A DNA stretch of 35,810 nucleotides from Deltaproteobacteria bacterium (GTDB lineage: Bacteria > Bdellovibrionota_B > Oligoflexia > Oligoflexales > RGVZ01), in NCBI GenBank assembly GCA_040381655.1, contig JBEIGW010000002.1, forward strand, positions 1 to 35,810. Direction: 5' to 3'. The notes beneath the pieces are model-generated. The model did no database searches and was not told the origin of the DNA. It was given only the letters and a program-made list of their open reading frames with translations. The position numbers and the translations under genes are program-made. Each line of letters begins with the position of its first letter. The first letter of the stretch is position 1. Shown here in pieces: positions 1-9,013 of this stretch.

Positions 1-32
1 CTGTCGGGATCGGACTCGATTTTAATGAGTTC

Positions 33-800
33 TTGATGACAGAAGTAGCTATCGCTGGGCAAGGGGCTGCGATGTACGGTGACCGTGCCGAAGATCTCAT
101 TGAACCACTTGAGGCAGAAGTCGGACTGCTAAAGAATTTAGTCTGGCACGAAATGTCGTTACAAATACACGGCGAGTTCGGACATTGGACTGTACACAAT
201 CCTTACGCAGCCATTGAGCCTGGACAATGGCGATTGCCATCCCTTGCAAACCAATCAGAAGCATGGATAGCGCTATCGATCCCCATGCCAGAAGCGATCA
301 CAGCACAATCAGATTCATCTAACAATAGTGCATTGCAAATCTCGATAAGAGCAAAGAATGCTGATGGCGATGTTCACGTGGTCCGCGCCTCATTGCCAAA
401 TCTTCCGGTAGTCAGCCTCCAGGAATTTAATGATCATTCCGAGGATAAATTCGTCGGTCGTCGTTTTATAGAGATCGAAGCAGCAGAAATAAAGCGGCAA
501 GCCTATCGCGCTGCTGGTATGCGTCAATGGACGCGGCTTTCTCAATTACTAGACCAGCTTGAGGCAAAAGCAAACGATAACCCCTGGCTATCAGAAACAG
601 TAGTCGTATTGCGTCGATTATTAGAGGCGCGCGATCAAGCGCGGCTTGAAAAAGAACTGATGTATGCATCTCACAGCCTATCTTCGCGGTTGACGGAGTT
701 GGACGAGGGTATAAGTTTTAGTCAGCGCGGCGAACTCGACAAGGCGGCTTTTTTAAGGCGTAAAACCCAACAAGGACGGCGTTCGGGAAGTGATATGTAA
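33..800 (+). CDS. hypothetical protein, possibly 5'-truncated by the window edge
   Basis: 255-aa ORF from the track, starting at TTG 33 / ATG 36. The same frame has no stop codon back to nt 3, so the gene may begin upstream of the window. I see no recognisable catalytic motif. The C-terminal third is charged and helical. Confidence 0.55.
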   Translation: MMTEVAIAGQGAAMYGDRAEDLIEPLEAEVGLLKNLVWHEMSLQIHGEFGHWTVHNPYAAIEPGQWRLPSLANQSEAWIALSIPMPEAITAQSDSSNNSALQISIRAKNADGDVHVVRASLPNLPVVSLQEFNDHSEDKFVGRRFIEIEAAEIKRQAYRAAGMRQWTRLSQLLDQLEAKANDNPWLSETVVVLRRLLEARDQARLEKELMYASHSLSSRLTELDEGISFSQRGELDKAAFLRRKTQQGRRSGSDM

Positions 801-898
801 TTTATGAACGGTCGGCATTGAGAAAGATAACAACTTAATCAAAAATGACATTAGCAGCGCTGAAAAAAATCAAATTATAAAAAAATTCAAGGTTAAAA

Positions 899-2068
899 AT
901 GAACGATATCACTTGTCCAAGTTGTGAAAAGTCCTTCAAACTCGACGAGGCCGGCTATGCGGATATCGTCAATCAGATCCGTGATCGAGAATTCGAAGCA
1001 GAGCTTCGGGACAGACAGCAATTATTCGAAAACGAAAAGAAAACAGCAATCGAATTAGCAGAGCTAAAAATCTCTTCTGAGAAACATCAAATCATTACTC
1101 GGCTTAACGCGAGTCTTGATCAAGCTGATAAATCAAAGCAGCATGCGCTGTCTGAGGCTGTTCGTGCAATCGAAAAGGAGCGAGATGATCTCAAGCTTCA
1201 ATACTCCCAGCAAGAATTGAAAAGCCAACTGTCAGAAGAAGCATTAAAAAAGACATACGAACTTCAACTCAGGGATCGCGACGAGGAAATCAAGCGTATG
1301 CAAGAGATGAAGGCTCGCCTATCAACCAAAATGATTGGTGAGACGCTTGAGCAACACTGCGAAACGCAGTTCAATTTAATTCGATCTACAGCATTTCCGA
1401 ACGCGTATTTTGAAAAAGATAATGATGCAAAGACAGGCAGCAAAGGTGACTATATCTTCAAAGATCTTGATGAATCAGGAACAGAAATAGTTTCAATAAT
1501 GTTTGAGATGAAAAATGAAGATGATCGAACATCCAACAAAAATAAAAATGAAGACTTTTTGAAAGAATTAGATAAAGATCGAAATGAAAAAGGCTGTGAG
1601 TATGCAGTCCTTGTTTCACTACTAGAGTCGGATAGCGAGCTTTATAACGCAGGAATAGTCGACGTTTTTCATCGATATCCAAAGATGTATGTTATTCGTC
1701 CTCAGTTTTTCATTCCCATCATTACGTTACTTCGAAACGCAGCACTTAATGCACTTAAGTACAAGGCTGAGCTTGCGTTGATCAAAGCTCAGAGCATTGA
1801 CGTAACAAAATTTGAATCTGAACTTGACGCATTTAAAACTGCATTTGGCCGTAACTACGAACTCGCGTCGAAACATTTTCAAACAGCAATCGCTGAAATA
1901 GATAAATCTATCGATCATCTTCAAAAAACAAAGGATGCCCTTCTAGGAACCGACCGAAATCTTCGTTTGGCTAATGATAAGGCTCAGGAAGTTACAATCA
2001 AGAAACTAACACGTGGAAATTCGACAATGAAAGAAAAATTTGCGCAACTAACGCGTGATGCAGAATAA
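899..2068 (+). CDS. DUF2130-family protein (zinc-ribbon start, coiled coil, possible PD-(D/E)xK-like C-terminal core)
   Basis: 389-aa ORF with an AAGG Shine-Dalgarno (SD) sequence just upstream of the ATG. The N-terminus [24 protein letters not shown], a long charged coiled coil, and the GDYIF...IMFEMK block match the layout I recognise as DUF2130. The D...E-x-K spacing suggests a restriction-endonuclease-like fold (inference). Confidence 0.8.
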   Translation: MNDITCPSCEKSFKLDEAGYADIVNQIRDREFEAELRDRQQLFENEKKTAIELAELKISSEKHQIITRLNASLDQADKSKQHALSEAVRAIEKERDDLKLQYSQQELKSQLSEEALKKTYELQLRDRDEEIKRMQEMKARLSTKMIGETLEQHCETQFNLIRSTAFPNAYFEKDNDAKTGSKGDYIFKDLDESGTEIVSIMFEMKNEDDRTSNKNKNEDFLKELDKDRNEKGCEYAVLVSLLESDSELYNAGIVDVFHRYPKMYVIRPQFFIPIITLLRNAALNALKYKAELALIKAQSIDVTKFESELDAFKTAFGRNYELASKHFQTAIAEIDKSIDHLQKTKDALLGTDRNLRLANDKAQEVTIKKLTRGNSTMKEKFAQLTRDAE

Positions 2069-2139
2069 GTAACGATCAGAGCTTTCAAAGAAATAAATGA
2101 GATTGCACAAGCTCCAAACCTACAAAAAATAGGAGCCCT

Positions 2140-4002
2140 ATGAAAATCGATGGTGTAGAAATTCCAGAGAATGTGATAACTGCCTGGCTGACTCAAATTC
2201 AACATTTGCAGCCGGATAGCCTTCGTCTGCTAGCGGTTGGTCGTCCATCGCTAATGCAAGGCTTTCGTCCGGATTCATTCAAAGCGGCGATTATTCGAGA
2301 CCGACTAAAGTCAATCTTAAATACTTCGAACGAATTACCCATCGATATTCGAGACCAATTGCGCAACAATGGTCTTGCAACATCGTTACTGATTGTTTTT
2401 TCAGAAAGAGCGCTTCAGGAAATAGCAGAACCTATAGCTGATTTTTTTGGTTATGAAGAGACAGTTGCCGCGCTACTGTTAGATGATCGCCAGCCTGTTC
2501 GAGCTATAGGACTATTACTGATTGCTAAGCGCGAAGGAGCGGAGCCCACTCAAACTAAAGAAGAAGCTGCCGTTAGTATTGTTTCAGCAGTCCGTCCTTT
2601 TCTCACTCACATACAACTGCTTTTGCAGTACCAAGACCACATTGCGTTAGGTACTACATCTGAAACAGCTCAAGCTACTGGCTCGAATGCCACCGGTGTT
2701 GCAAAAGCATTACCAAGAGCGCCACGACCTCGTCGAGAGGCCGAGTTGGTGACCGTTCTTCGTAAAAAAAGGCAAGAGGCGAACCGTTTGAATAAAGAAA
2801 ATAGTGTTCTTAACTCTCGACTGAATGCATCTACTACCGAGGCAACTTCCACGTTAATCAGCCTCGCAGAGACAAGGAACCAACTGGCATCCACATTGAA
2901 GGAGCTTAACGAGCTAAGGACTCAATTTGACGCCAAAGTTGACGATGCGATCGGCAAACGCTTGGATAGCAAGCTATTTCCTTGGCTCGAGCCGGCTGAG
3001 GCAATAGAGCAGGCATCACATTCACTGGGAGTTTTTGCGTATCAAAAAGGCCTTACTACAAACGTTGTGGAAGGCACTTTAGAATCAGAGCAAATCCGTG
3101 TAGCTGAAACGTTGCTAGTCCGTCAGAGGGAATCAGATAGGCGGTACGGTCTACGAAGTGCGCTCCAAGCTGAAGGCGCCCGCTGTGTATCGCTATTAGA
3201 GTCTCTCCGCGAGGCACAGCGTGACTCCTTTCGGCCTCTGCCGGAGCTGGCCGATGGAATCAAGGCACTGGAAGGGCGTATTTCTAAGATTAATGAGGCG
3301 CTAGGAATAAATCCAAGCGAGCCTGTCAGAGCAAGCAATAATCTTTTGAGTATTGAGGCTGCTATTGTACAAGCCGACTCGTTGGAAAAGTTGTCCGCTT
3401 TGCGTCAGCGATTGATAGCAAGTGAGCCGCTTGGCCTGCTTAATGATGAAGAGCTTGACCAAGCATATTATCTATTGGGTCAGGCCACATCAATCGCATA
3501 CGCGCGCGTCGGAGTAGGACGCGGGTGGTCGGTGGGCAGAGAGGATTTGGTCGACCTGCCGCTTTACGCGCTGCAGGCAAGTTTAAGCCAGGGTGACCAG
3601 TGTGTATTGGTTGTTGACGGCCACAACGTGCTTTGGAAGGTGCCTACACTTTTCCGAACGGAGTTTGAGTATGGACAGCCAGGAGCGAAAGCGCGTAAAG
3701 TACTTGAGAAAGCCTTGTTGGGGCTTTCGAAACGATATCCAAGCTTGAATGTTGAATTGTGGTTTGACAGTAATGATCCGGAAGATCGGACCATCGCTGA
3801 AAACTTTCGTATTCACTTCTCTGGCGGTAGGGGCGCTAACCGCGCAGACCAACAAATACTCGCATACCTCTCACATATGGAAATATCAGGTGGTGGGCTA
3901 GTCCGCTCAGTAGCAACCGCCGATATGGGCATTGCGACAAGTGCTCAGGCGTCGGGGGCATTTGTCATAACGCCTCATGAGCTCGCAATCTTGCTAGCCT
4001 GA
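2140..4002 (+). CDS. large coiled-coil protein with C-terminal YacP/Rae1-like NYN (PIN-like) ribonuclease domain
   Basis: 620-aa ORF with an AGGAG SD 5 nt upstream of the ATG. The C-terminal ~130 aa (CVLVVDGHNVLW...VELWFDS...RIHFSGGRGANRADQQILAYL...VATADMGIATSAQASGAFVITPHEL) follow the YacP-type NYN pattern: LLVDGYN, VVFD, a conserved acidic residue before the last helix, and TSD. The N-terminal ~450 aa are unknown, with a Ser/Thr/Ala-rich linker and a coiled coil. Confidence 0.75.
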   Translation: MKIDGVEIPENVITAWLTQIQHLQPDSLRLLAVGRPSLMQGFRPDSFKAAIIRDRLKSILNTSNELPIDIRDQLRNNGLATSLLIVFSERALQEIAEPIADFFGYEETVAALLLDDRQPVRAIGLLLIAKREGAEPTQTKEEAAVSIVSAVRPFLTHIQLLLQYQDHIALGTTSETAQATGSNATGVAKALPRAPRPRREAELVTVLRKKRQEANRLNKENSVLNSRLNASTTEATSTLISLAETRNQLASTLKELNELRTQFDAKVDDAIGKRLDSKLFPWLEPAEAIEQASHSLGVFAYQKGLTTNVVEGTLESEQIRVAETLLVRQRESDRRYGLRSALQAEGARCVSLLESLREAQRDSFRPLPELADGIKALEGRISKINEALGINPSEPVRASNNLLSIEAAIVQADSLEKLSALRQRLIASEPLGLLNDEELDQAYYLLGQATSIAYARVGVGRGWSVGREDLVDLPLYALQASLSQGDQCVLVVDGHNVLWKVPTLFRTEFEYGQPGAKARKVLEKALLGLSKRYPSLNVELWFDSNDPEDRTIAENFRIHFSGGRGANRADQQILAYLSHMEISGGGLVRSVATADMGIATSAQASGAFVITPHELAILLA

Positions 4003-4136
4003 TTTGCTTTTCGTAAAATTTGTAATTTTTTTATCCAACCACTATCTTGAAAATTAATCCATAGTCTTTGATGGTCAACGTCAAAGAAGTCAGTTAACTT
4101 AATTCTTAATTGGTAAGTCTCGTACATTTGCTAGGA

Positions 4137-4652
4137 TTATTTTTTTAAAGGGAAAAAACCATTTTTAACATTAAGTTCTTCCAGCGATTTTAATACGAGT
4201 ACACTTGATCCGTGTCCTAACACCCATGCATCAGAGTCGAGATAAATTAGAAATAAACTTTTCTCTTCACAGGTAATCTCCACATAAACCACGCTTTCAG
4301 TATCGTCGCATATGGTATCAATAATTATTGATTTTAAATTTTTTTTATTCTTGAAATACTTTTTTGGCGTAAAAAAACTAGTTAAAAATTCTGAATCATC
4401 TCCATCATCATATGGTGATATGTTATTAATTAATCCTTGCTTTATATCGTCACACCAGCATTCAAATTTTTTCCAGTCTGTAAATGTGGCTTCAGGTAGT
4501 CTGGGGTAGCTGAATTCAATTGCTTCGGCATGTTCAAAATGACTGAAAAAAACTTCATAGATATAACTCAAACCATCCTTGTCAGGCTTTACAAAACTGC
4601 CGCAGCCAGCTTCGAATTCTTTAAATAATTCCGGTGGACACTTTGCGCTCAT
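4137..4652 (-). CDS. hypothetical protein (acidic, Cys/Trp/Phe-rich, AT-rich gene)
   Basis: 171-aa ORF in a clearly AT-richer stretch. It has no SD and no recognisable motif. Confidence 0.55.
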   Translation of the reverse strand: MSAKCPPELFKEFEAGCGSFVKPDKDGLSYIYEVFFSHFEHAEAIEFSYPRLPEATFTDWKKFECWCDDIKQGLINNISPYDDGDDSEFLTSFFTPKKYFKNKKNLKSIIIDTICDDTESVVYVEITCEEKSLFLIYLDSDAWVLGHGSSVLVLKSLEELNVKNGFFPLKK

Positions 4653-4775
4653 AATTAGATCTTTTAAATTAGAGGGAGTAAACTAATTTTTTTGGTACCA
4701 AAAATTCATCTGACTCAATAAGTCTCTCTTGAATTCCCGTAAGATTCAATATTTTTCCAGTTAAATTTAATTTGC

Positions 4776-5327
4776 CTAATCGCGCATCTCATCCACCCAT
4801 TTTTTGAAGTGTGGAATCAATCGTTTGGGAATAAATTCAGGAAATTTATTTATGGCATCGTATTTGTGTATGAGCGTATAACCGATTGCGCCTGGGTCTG
4901 CTACGCCGCACTGTTCGATAGCCCACTCAAATACGTCCGTTGGAAAATCTGGATCATCCCAGGGCAAGTTAGTTATATCTAACAAATGCTCATCCCATGC
5001 CTCGCATTCATCAATACAAAATTGTTCAATACTGTTCAAATTTGACCACGTAAATGTTTCCCTGATCGTTATTAGATTTAAGCTATCAGGAAAAAATCCA
5101 ACTCCAAAATTTTCATCGTATGCAAAAAGCTCATGGTGTCTTTCGTCATGAACGGCAGGATCTGAAATAAAGCTATATTCAACGTTTAAAGTTAAAGACT
5201 GAATATCGAGCTTTATAATTTTTAGGCCATATTGAATGTCTTCAAATCTAAAATAATCTTCACTATATCTTTTCAAAAGACCATCTTTTACTTGATCAAC
5301 CGATGGCTTTTTAACATTTGCGTTCAT
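4776..5327 (-). CDS. hypothetical protein (acidic, AT-rich gene)
   Basis: 183-aa ORF on the same strand as its neighbours. It has no SD and no recognisable motif. Confidence 0.55.
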   Translation of the reverse strand: MNANVKKPSVDQVKDGLLKRYSEDYFRFEDIQYGLKIIKLDIQSLTLNVEYSFISDPAVHDERHHELFAYDENFGVGFFPDSLNLITIRETFTWSNLNSIEQFCIDECEAWDEHLLDITNLPWDDPDFPTDVFEWAIEQCGVADPGAIGYTLIHKYDAINKFPEFIPKRLIPHFKKWVDEMRD

Positions 5328-5400
5328 TTTTGTATTTATAAGAGAGATAACTTCAATGATTACAGACTATTTTTTTAAAAACAGTGATTCAAATAGTTAT

Positions 5401-6354
5401 CTAGTCACTGATACCCAATAGTCTTATAAAAGCACTTTGCGTTCGGATCTCTTGTTCGTCGACGGAGTCCGGTTGGTAACCACGAGTCCGCCAAGAATTG
5501 TAGCTATCAAAGTCTAACCATCCGAACAATGTGGCGAGCGCGTGGAAAGGTCCGCCTTGGTGCATGCCATTCATCAAAACGAATTGAGTGAATTGAATCG
5601 AAGATAAATTGCTAAAAGCTTTGAGAAAACTGTTAAACAACAATTCCTCGCTTGTCTCTAGGCCAGGACCCCAATATCGGTCGCCCCATAAGCGTTCTTG
5701 GATATCAAAGACTGAATCCCAATAAGAATCGTCTCCAAACGAATTGGGATCCCAAGATGCCATTTCTTTTGCCATGCCTCTCGCGATACTATTTTTCTTC
5801 GTTGGATCATCTCGAAGAAAATCACGCCAAGTGCAATACGCTGAGTAAACAGAAAAATTACTTGGATCTAAAAAGCCCCGCGACTTTCGTTCGAATGCAA
5901 TGGCTTCAGCTAAGCTTCGCTGCTCGGTGATAAGTGGAAAGCCAGCCGAGGTCTTTGCTTCTAATACTGCAAAACCCTCATCTTCGAAACGCACGGACGT
6001 TAAAGAATTTTTTAGTAAAAATAAATCTTTACGTATTATTTCAACTAAATTCTTTGGAAGGCAGTAAGAACGATCATTAAAAGAGATATGAATCTCATCT
6101 CCCTCGGAGTGTATTTCATGCTGCGTAAGAAGCTCAGGGATTGGATTTTCTGCAGAAAAAGTAAGTGCGCGGGCTATTTCAAAGCGTGGCACGTGGAACT
6201 GACTAATATCAATCTGCTGAAAATTTGAATTTTTATTCTTGATACTTGCGTGAACAAAATGAAAGACATCTTGTCGTTCGGCTGCGAACACAGATGTGCT
6301 CTCGTCTTCAAAGATGAGTTCAACATCAAAATCGTTGGGAATCATAGATAGCAT
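5401..6354 (-). CDS. hypothetical protein
   Basis: 317-aa ORF. A strong AGGAG SD sits 9 nt upstream of the ATG, overlapping the end of the upstream gene (stop at 6372), which implies co-transcription. Confidence 0.7.
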   Translation of the reverse strand: MLSMIPNDFDVELIFEDESTSVFAAERQDVFHFVHASIKNKNSNFQQIDISQFHVPRFEIARALTFSAENPIPELLTQHEIHSEGDEIHISFNDRSYCLPKNLVEIIRKDLFLLKNSLTSVRFEDEGFAVLEAKTSAGFPLITEQRSLAEAIAFERKSRGFLDPSNFSVYSAYCTWRDFLRDDPTKKNSIARGMAKEMASWDPNSFGDDSYWDSVFDIQERLWGDRYWGPGLETSEELLFNSFLKAFSNLSSIQFTQFVLMNGMHQGGPFHALATLFGWLDFDSYNSWRTRGYQPDSVDEQEIRTQSAFIRLLGISD

Positions 6355-6371
6355 AATTATTTTTCTCCTAA

Positions 6372-7121
6372 TTACATTCGATAACGAATCAATGCTGGTT
6401 GCTTCTCTTGAATCAACTTCGAAATCAATTTGCTCGTGACACCAGTATCTTGATTGTTAACTGTCGAGATCATTTTTTCTGCTTCAGTAAATCGCTGTTG
6501 TTCTCTATATAACTCAGCAAGATTTATGTTGTACCAAGAACGTGAATTATTGTACCAATCAAGTAATATTTCGCACAGTCGGTCCATATTCTGCAGTTGC
6601 TCATGGGACGGTTCAAATTCCGGAACAGTAAATCGCGATACTTCCGTCCTCACGTAGGTGGATGCTTTACGGCCTCGCAATTTATCCCACCATGTTCTGC
6701 GATCTGGGTTTTGTGCTTCCCATTCAGCTTTATTGTCGGCTTCTTCGGCATCACGGTGAATGCGATAGCGTTCTCTGTACGCATGGTTTAATTCGCGCCA
6801 GTATTCAAGTCTTGCTGCAACTTCAAGCTCTTCGTTTTCAGAATTGTCTATGCATACTGGCAGTAGTTCAGGGGACACTCTTTTTATAAAAGGAAGATCG
6901 CTACCCTCGGCAGAGTCAATTTCGACCAAATCTTTAAAAAGAGTAAATTTTCCGCAGCTGCATTGACGCAAGCCTTCGCCATTTGGCATTAGAGAATGCT
7001 CTCTCCAACCGTCAGTCCAAAATGCATATGCTGAAAAATTCATTGATAAATAGCGAGGTGCGGAAAATCTAGCGCCACAACATGGCGCAGCCATAATGCG
7101 CACTCCTCTGGTAATTGTCAT
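6372..7121 (-). CDS. hypothetical protein with N-terminal Cys-cluster (CCG...CSCG, zinc-ribbon-like)
   Basis: 249-aa ORF. The N-terminus MAAPCCGARF...QCSCGKF suggests a four-Cys metal site. The rest is Trp/Arg/Glu-rich and helical. An alternative start lies at Met10. Confidence 0.65.
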   Translation of the reverse strand: MTITRGVRIMAAPCCGARFSAPRYLSMNFSAYAFWTDGWREHSLMPNGEGLRQCSCGKFTLFKDLVEIDSAEGSDLPFIKRVSPELLPVCIDNSENEELEVAARLEYWRELNHAYRERYRIHRDAEEADNKAEWEAQNPDRRTWWDKLRGRKASTYVRTEVSRFTVPEFEPSHEQLQNMDRLCEILLDWYNNSRSWYNINLAELYREQQRFTEAEKMISTVNNQDTGVTSKLISKLIQEKQPALIRYRM

Positions 7122-7165
7122 CTGTTGGTGTTCCTATTGCAGATACTGTGTTCTTAGATTTTTGA

Positions 7166-7744
7166 TTACCTTGCAGTTTCTTCTGCAAGTTGCTTTATTC
7201 TTCTAACGGTATCGGCAAGCGATTTAGCAATCGGCGTTCCTCGTTTTGAAAAAATTTCCGCTAAGCTCTCGTAATACCAAATTGTTTGCGCTTGGGTCGC
7301 AGTGAATCGATCGAAAACAGAAGGGCCTATGTTGAGAATATCTTCTACGATAGCTCTAGCATTATGAAGTTTGTCGGAACCGCTGACTAAAAGAACATCG
7401 TCCGACGAAGTCTTCAGGTGTGCAATGTATCGTTCTTTGCGGGGAAGCCATGCTTCCTTTATGCCGTTAGTGTCTGGTACACCGTCGGTACAACCATCGA
7501 CAATGTCTGCGACCCTATCGCCGAACTGATCACGAATAATTTTCGCGTAATGCTGCCCCCCATCTTCGACGGCGTCGTGAAGTAACGCTGCCATCGCCTG
7601 ATCTTCATCTGCACCATGATCTAAAGCAATCGAGGCAACGCCCATCGGGTGTGCAATGTAGGGTATCTCTGTACCTTTTCTTTTTTGACCATCATGTGCC
7701 TCGATAGCGAGAGCTAGTGCATGTGCAATTCGTTCCGTTAGCAT
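7166..7744 (-). CDS. HD-domain phosphohydrolase, RelA/SpoT-type (p)ppGpp-hydrolase-like, stand-alone
   Basis: 192-aa ORF. EAHDGQKRKG..PYIAHP...LLHDAVEDG...DKLHN is the classic H-HD-D signature of the RelA/SpoT hydrolase domain. No synthetase domain is present. Confidence 0.85.
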   Translation of the reverse strand: MLTERIAHALALAIEAHDGQKRKGTEIPYIAHPMGVASIALDHGADEDQAMAALLHDAVEDGGQHYAKIIRDQFGDRVADIVDGCTDGVPDTNGIKEAWLPRKERYIAHLKTSSDDVLLVSGSDKLHNARAIVEDILNIGPSVFDRFTATQAQTIWYYESLAEIFSKRGTPIAKSLADTVRRIKQLAEETAR

Positions 7745-7787
7745 GGGGACCTTTAATTTATTCTGTTGTTAATTTATTTTAATTAAT

Positions 7788-8183
7788 CTAGGAAGCATCT
7801 TTTACCCACTGAGGCAATGGGCAATCTGCCTGCGTTACTGATTGCAATCCTTCCGAGTGAAGCCATTCCAGATGAGATTCCCAAGAAGGTGTTGGTAACA
7901 CTGCTTTGCCTCCCAGACTCAGCCTTGGACAAGTTGGCTCAATACGCGTGATGTAGCTAAGCGCGTCGTCCATTGTTTCGAATTCATCGGTGCGTACAGC
8001 AGGAAGACTATGTGTATTACGGTAGGTGATTAGTAAGACTGCGCCTTCGAGATCTCGGAGTCTATCCTGGCTTATTGCCGCACTAATCACCCCATCATTC
8101 GATTTCTTAAAGTTTGATGATATTCGCATCACATACATACGGTCGTCCCGGTATTCGTGCGCAATTGGCATTGCATTTCTCAT
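7788..8183 (-). CDS. hypothetical protein, first gene downstream of palindrome site 1 on the minus strand
   Basis: 131-aa ORF 43 nt upstream of the HD gene on the same strand. The start is uncertain (Met1 or Met5). No motif recognised. Confidence 0.6.
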   Translation of the reverse strand: MRNAMPIAHEYRDDRMYVMRISSNFKKSNDGVISAAISQDRLRDLEGAVLLITYRNTHSLPAVRTDEFETMDDALSYITRIEPTCPRLSLGGKAVLPTPSWESHLEWLHSEGLQSVTQADCPLPQWVKDAS

Positions 8184-8240
8184 GAGTCTATTTATCCCAT
8201 TAGCCGTTAACAGCCAAATAATTTTCGATAGCTATTATTT

Positions 8241-8270
8241 TGAGCCACCTACAGGCTCAATATCTGAGCT
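8241..8270. promoter_or_regulatory. operator-like palindrome, site 1 (AGGCTCA-ATATC-TGAGCT) plus an extra upstream TGAGCC half-site
   Basis: Core at 8254-8270, with an additional TGAGCC at 8241-8246. It lies in the divergent intergenic region between 7788-8183(-) and 8312-8971(+). AATAAT/TAATCT -10-like sequence lies 11-13 nt downstream in the + direction. Confidence 0.65.
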
Positions 8271-8311
8271 AGCCATAGCGAAATAATCTCCTTTTGACGA
8301 CAGGGGGCGCG

Positions 8312-8971
8312 ATGAGGCTGATTTTCTGCGTGCGAGATCACACGTTCGATGAAATCTGCATGGGACACCAGCTGGGATTTCCTGCAATCCGTGGGGTAGA
8401 TGCTATTTCCGCAACAGCTAATGCTCGGGGATTTACCCCACTAACAGCGATTGCAAGGACCTTCAGTTGGCAGCGTGATGTCCTAGAGGCCGCCGCTGCT
8501 GAATGCAATCAGCGCCGTGAAGTTGCAGTCCTCAATACCTTGACCCCCAATTTACTGCTTGTCCCAAAGACGCGAGGGGATGGTGGCTGGCTACCGGATG
8601 TGGATCACCTGCTAACAGATCTGATTGCAGCAGTTAATCATCTACAGGTCAGGTCTTTGCATTTCACTCACTTCGGATTTGTGCAGGGCCGGCCGCCCGA
8701 GATGGAGATGCGAAGAATTTTGGAACTATGGCTGAGTCCGTTACAAGAATCCACGCTCGACGTGCTTTATTGGGATGTCGATCGGCGGGGCCTAAATACA
8801 CTGACCAACCTATATGCGGTGGTGGCTCGTCAGTATCGTTTCAAGTGCACTCAGCCAGAAATTTATGTCGCGCCAAGTTTTACATGGCAAGAAATTGATT
8901 CAACGCCGCGAGGTAATTCAGTGCACATATTTACTGAGGGCAGAGACGATCATTTCCCTAGATTTCATTAA
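8312..8971 (+). CDS. hypothetical protein (GC-richer than neighbours)
   Basis: The track ORF starts at TTG 8294. I prefer ATG 8312 because AGGGGG (8302-8307) sits 4 nt upstream of it. No motif recognised. It lies 42 nt upstream of dnaB on the same strand. Confidence 0.65.
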   Translation: MRLIFCVRDHTFDEICMGHQLGFPAIRGVDAISATANARGFTPLTAIARTFSWQRDVLEAAAAECNQRREVAVLNTLTPNLLLVPKTRGDGGWLPDVDHLLTDLIAAVNHLQVRSLHFTHFGFVQGRPPEMEMRRILELWLSPLQESTLDVLYWDVDRRGLNTLTNLYAVVARQYRFKCTQPEIYVAPSFTWQEIDSTPRGNSVHIFTEGRDDHFPRFH

Positions 8972-9013
8972 ATCTATGTGCAATCAAAACAATAAATAAT
9001 AAAGAAGATAAAT

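Noticed and set aside
1767-1792. CTGAGCT-N12-AGCTCAG inverted repeat, which contains the same half-site hexamers as the operator.
   Set aside because: It lies inside the DUF2130 CDS ([11 protein letters not shown]). Its orientation is everted and its spacing is 12 rather than 5, with no -10-like element nearby. It is most likely coincidental.
4065-4087. Hairpin TCTTTGA-tggtcaacg-TCAAAGA between the convergent genes ending at 4002 and 4137.
   Set aside because: The stem is only 7 bp and AT-rich, with a 9-nt loop and no flanking T-run. That is too weak to call a terminator.
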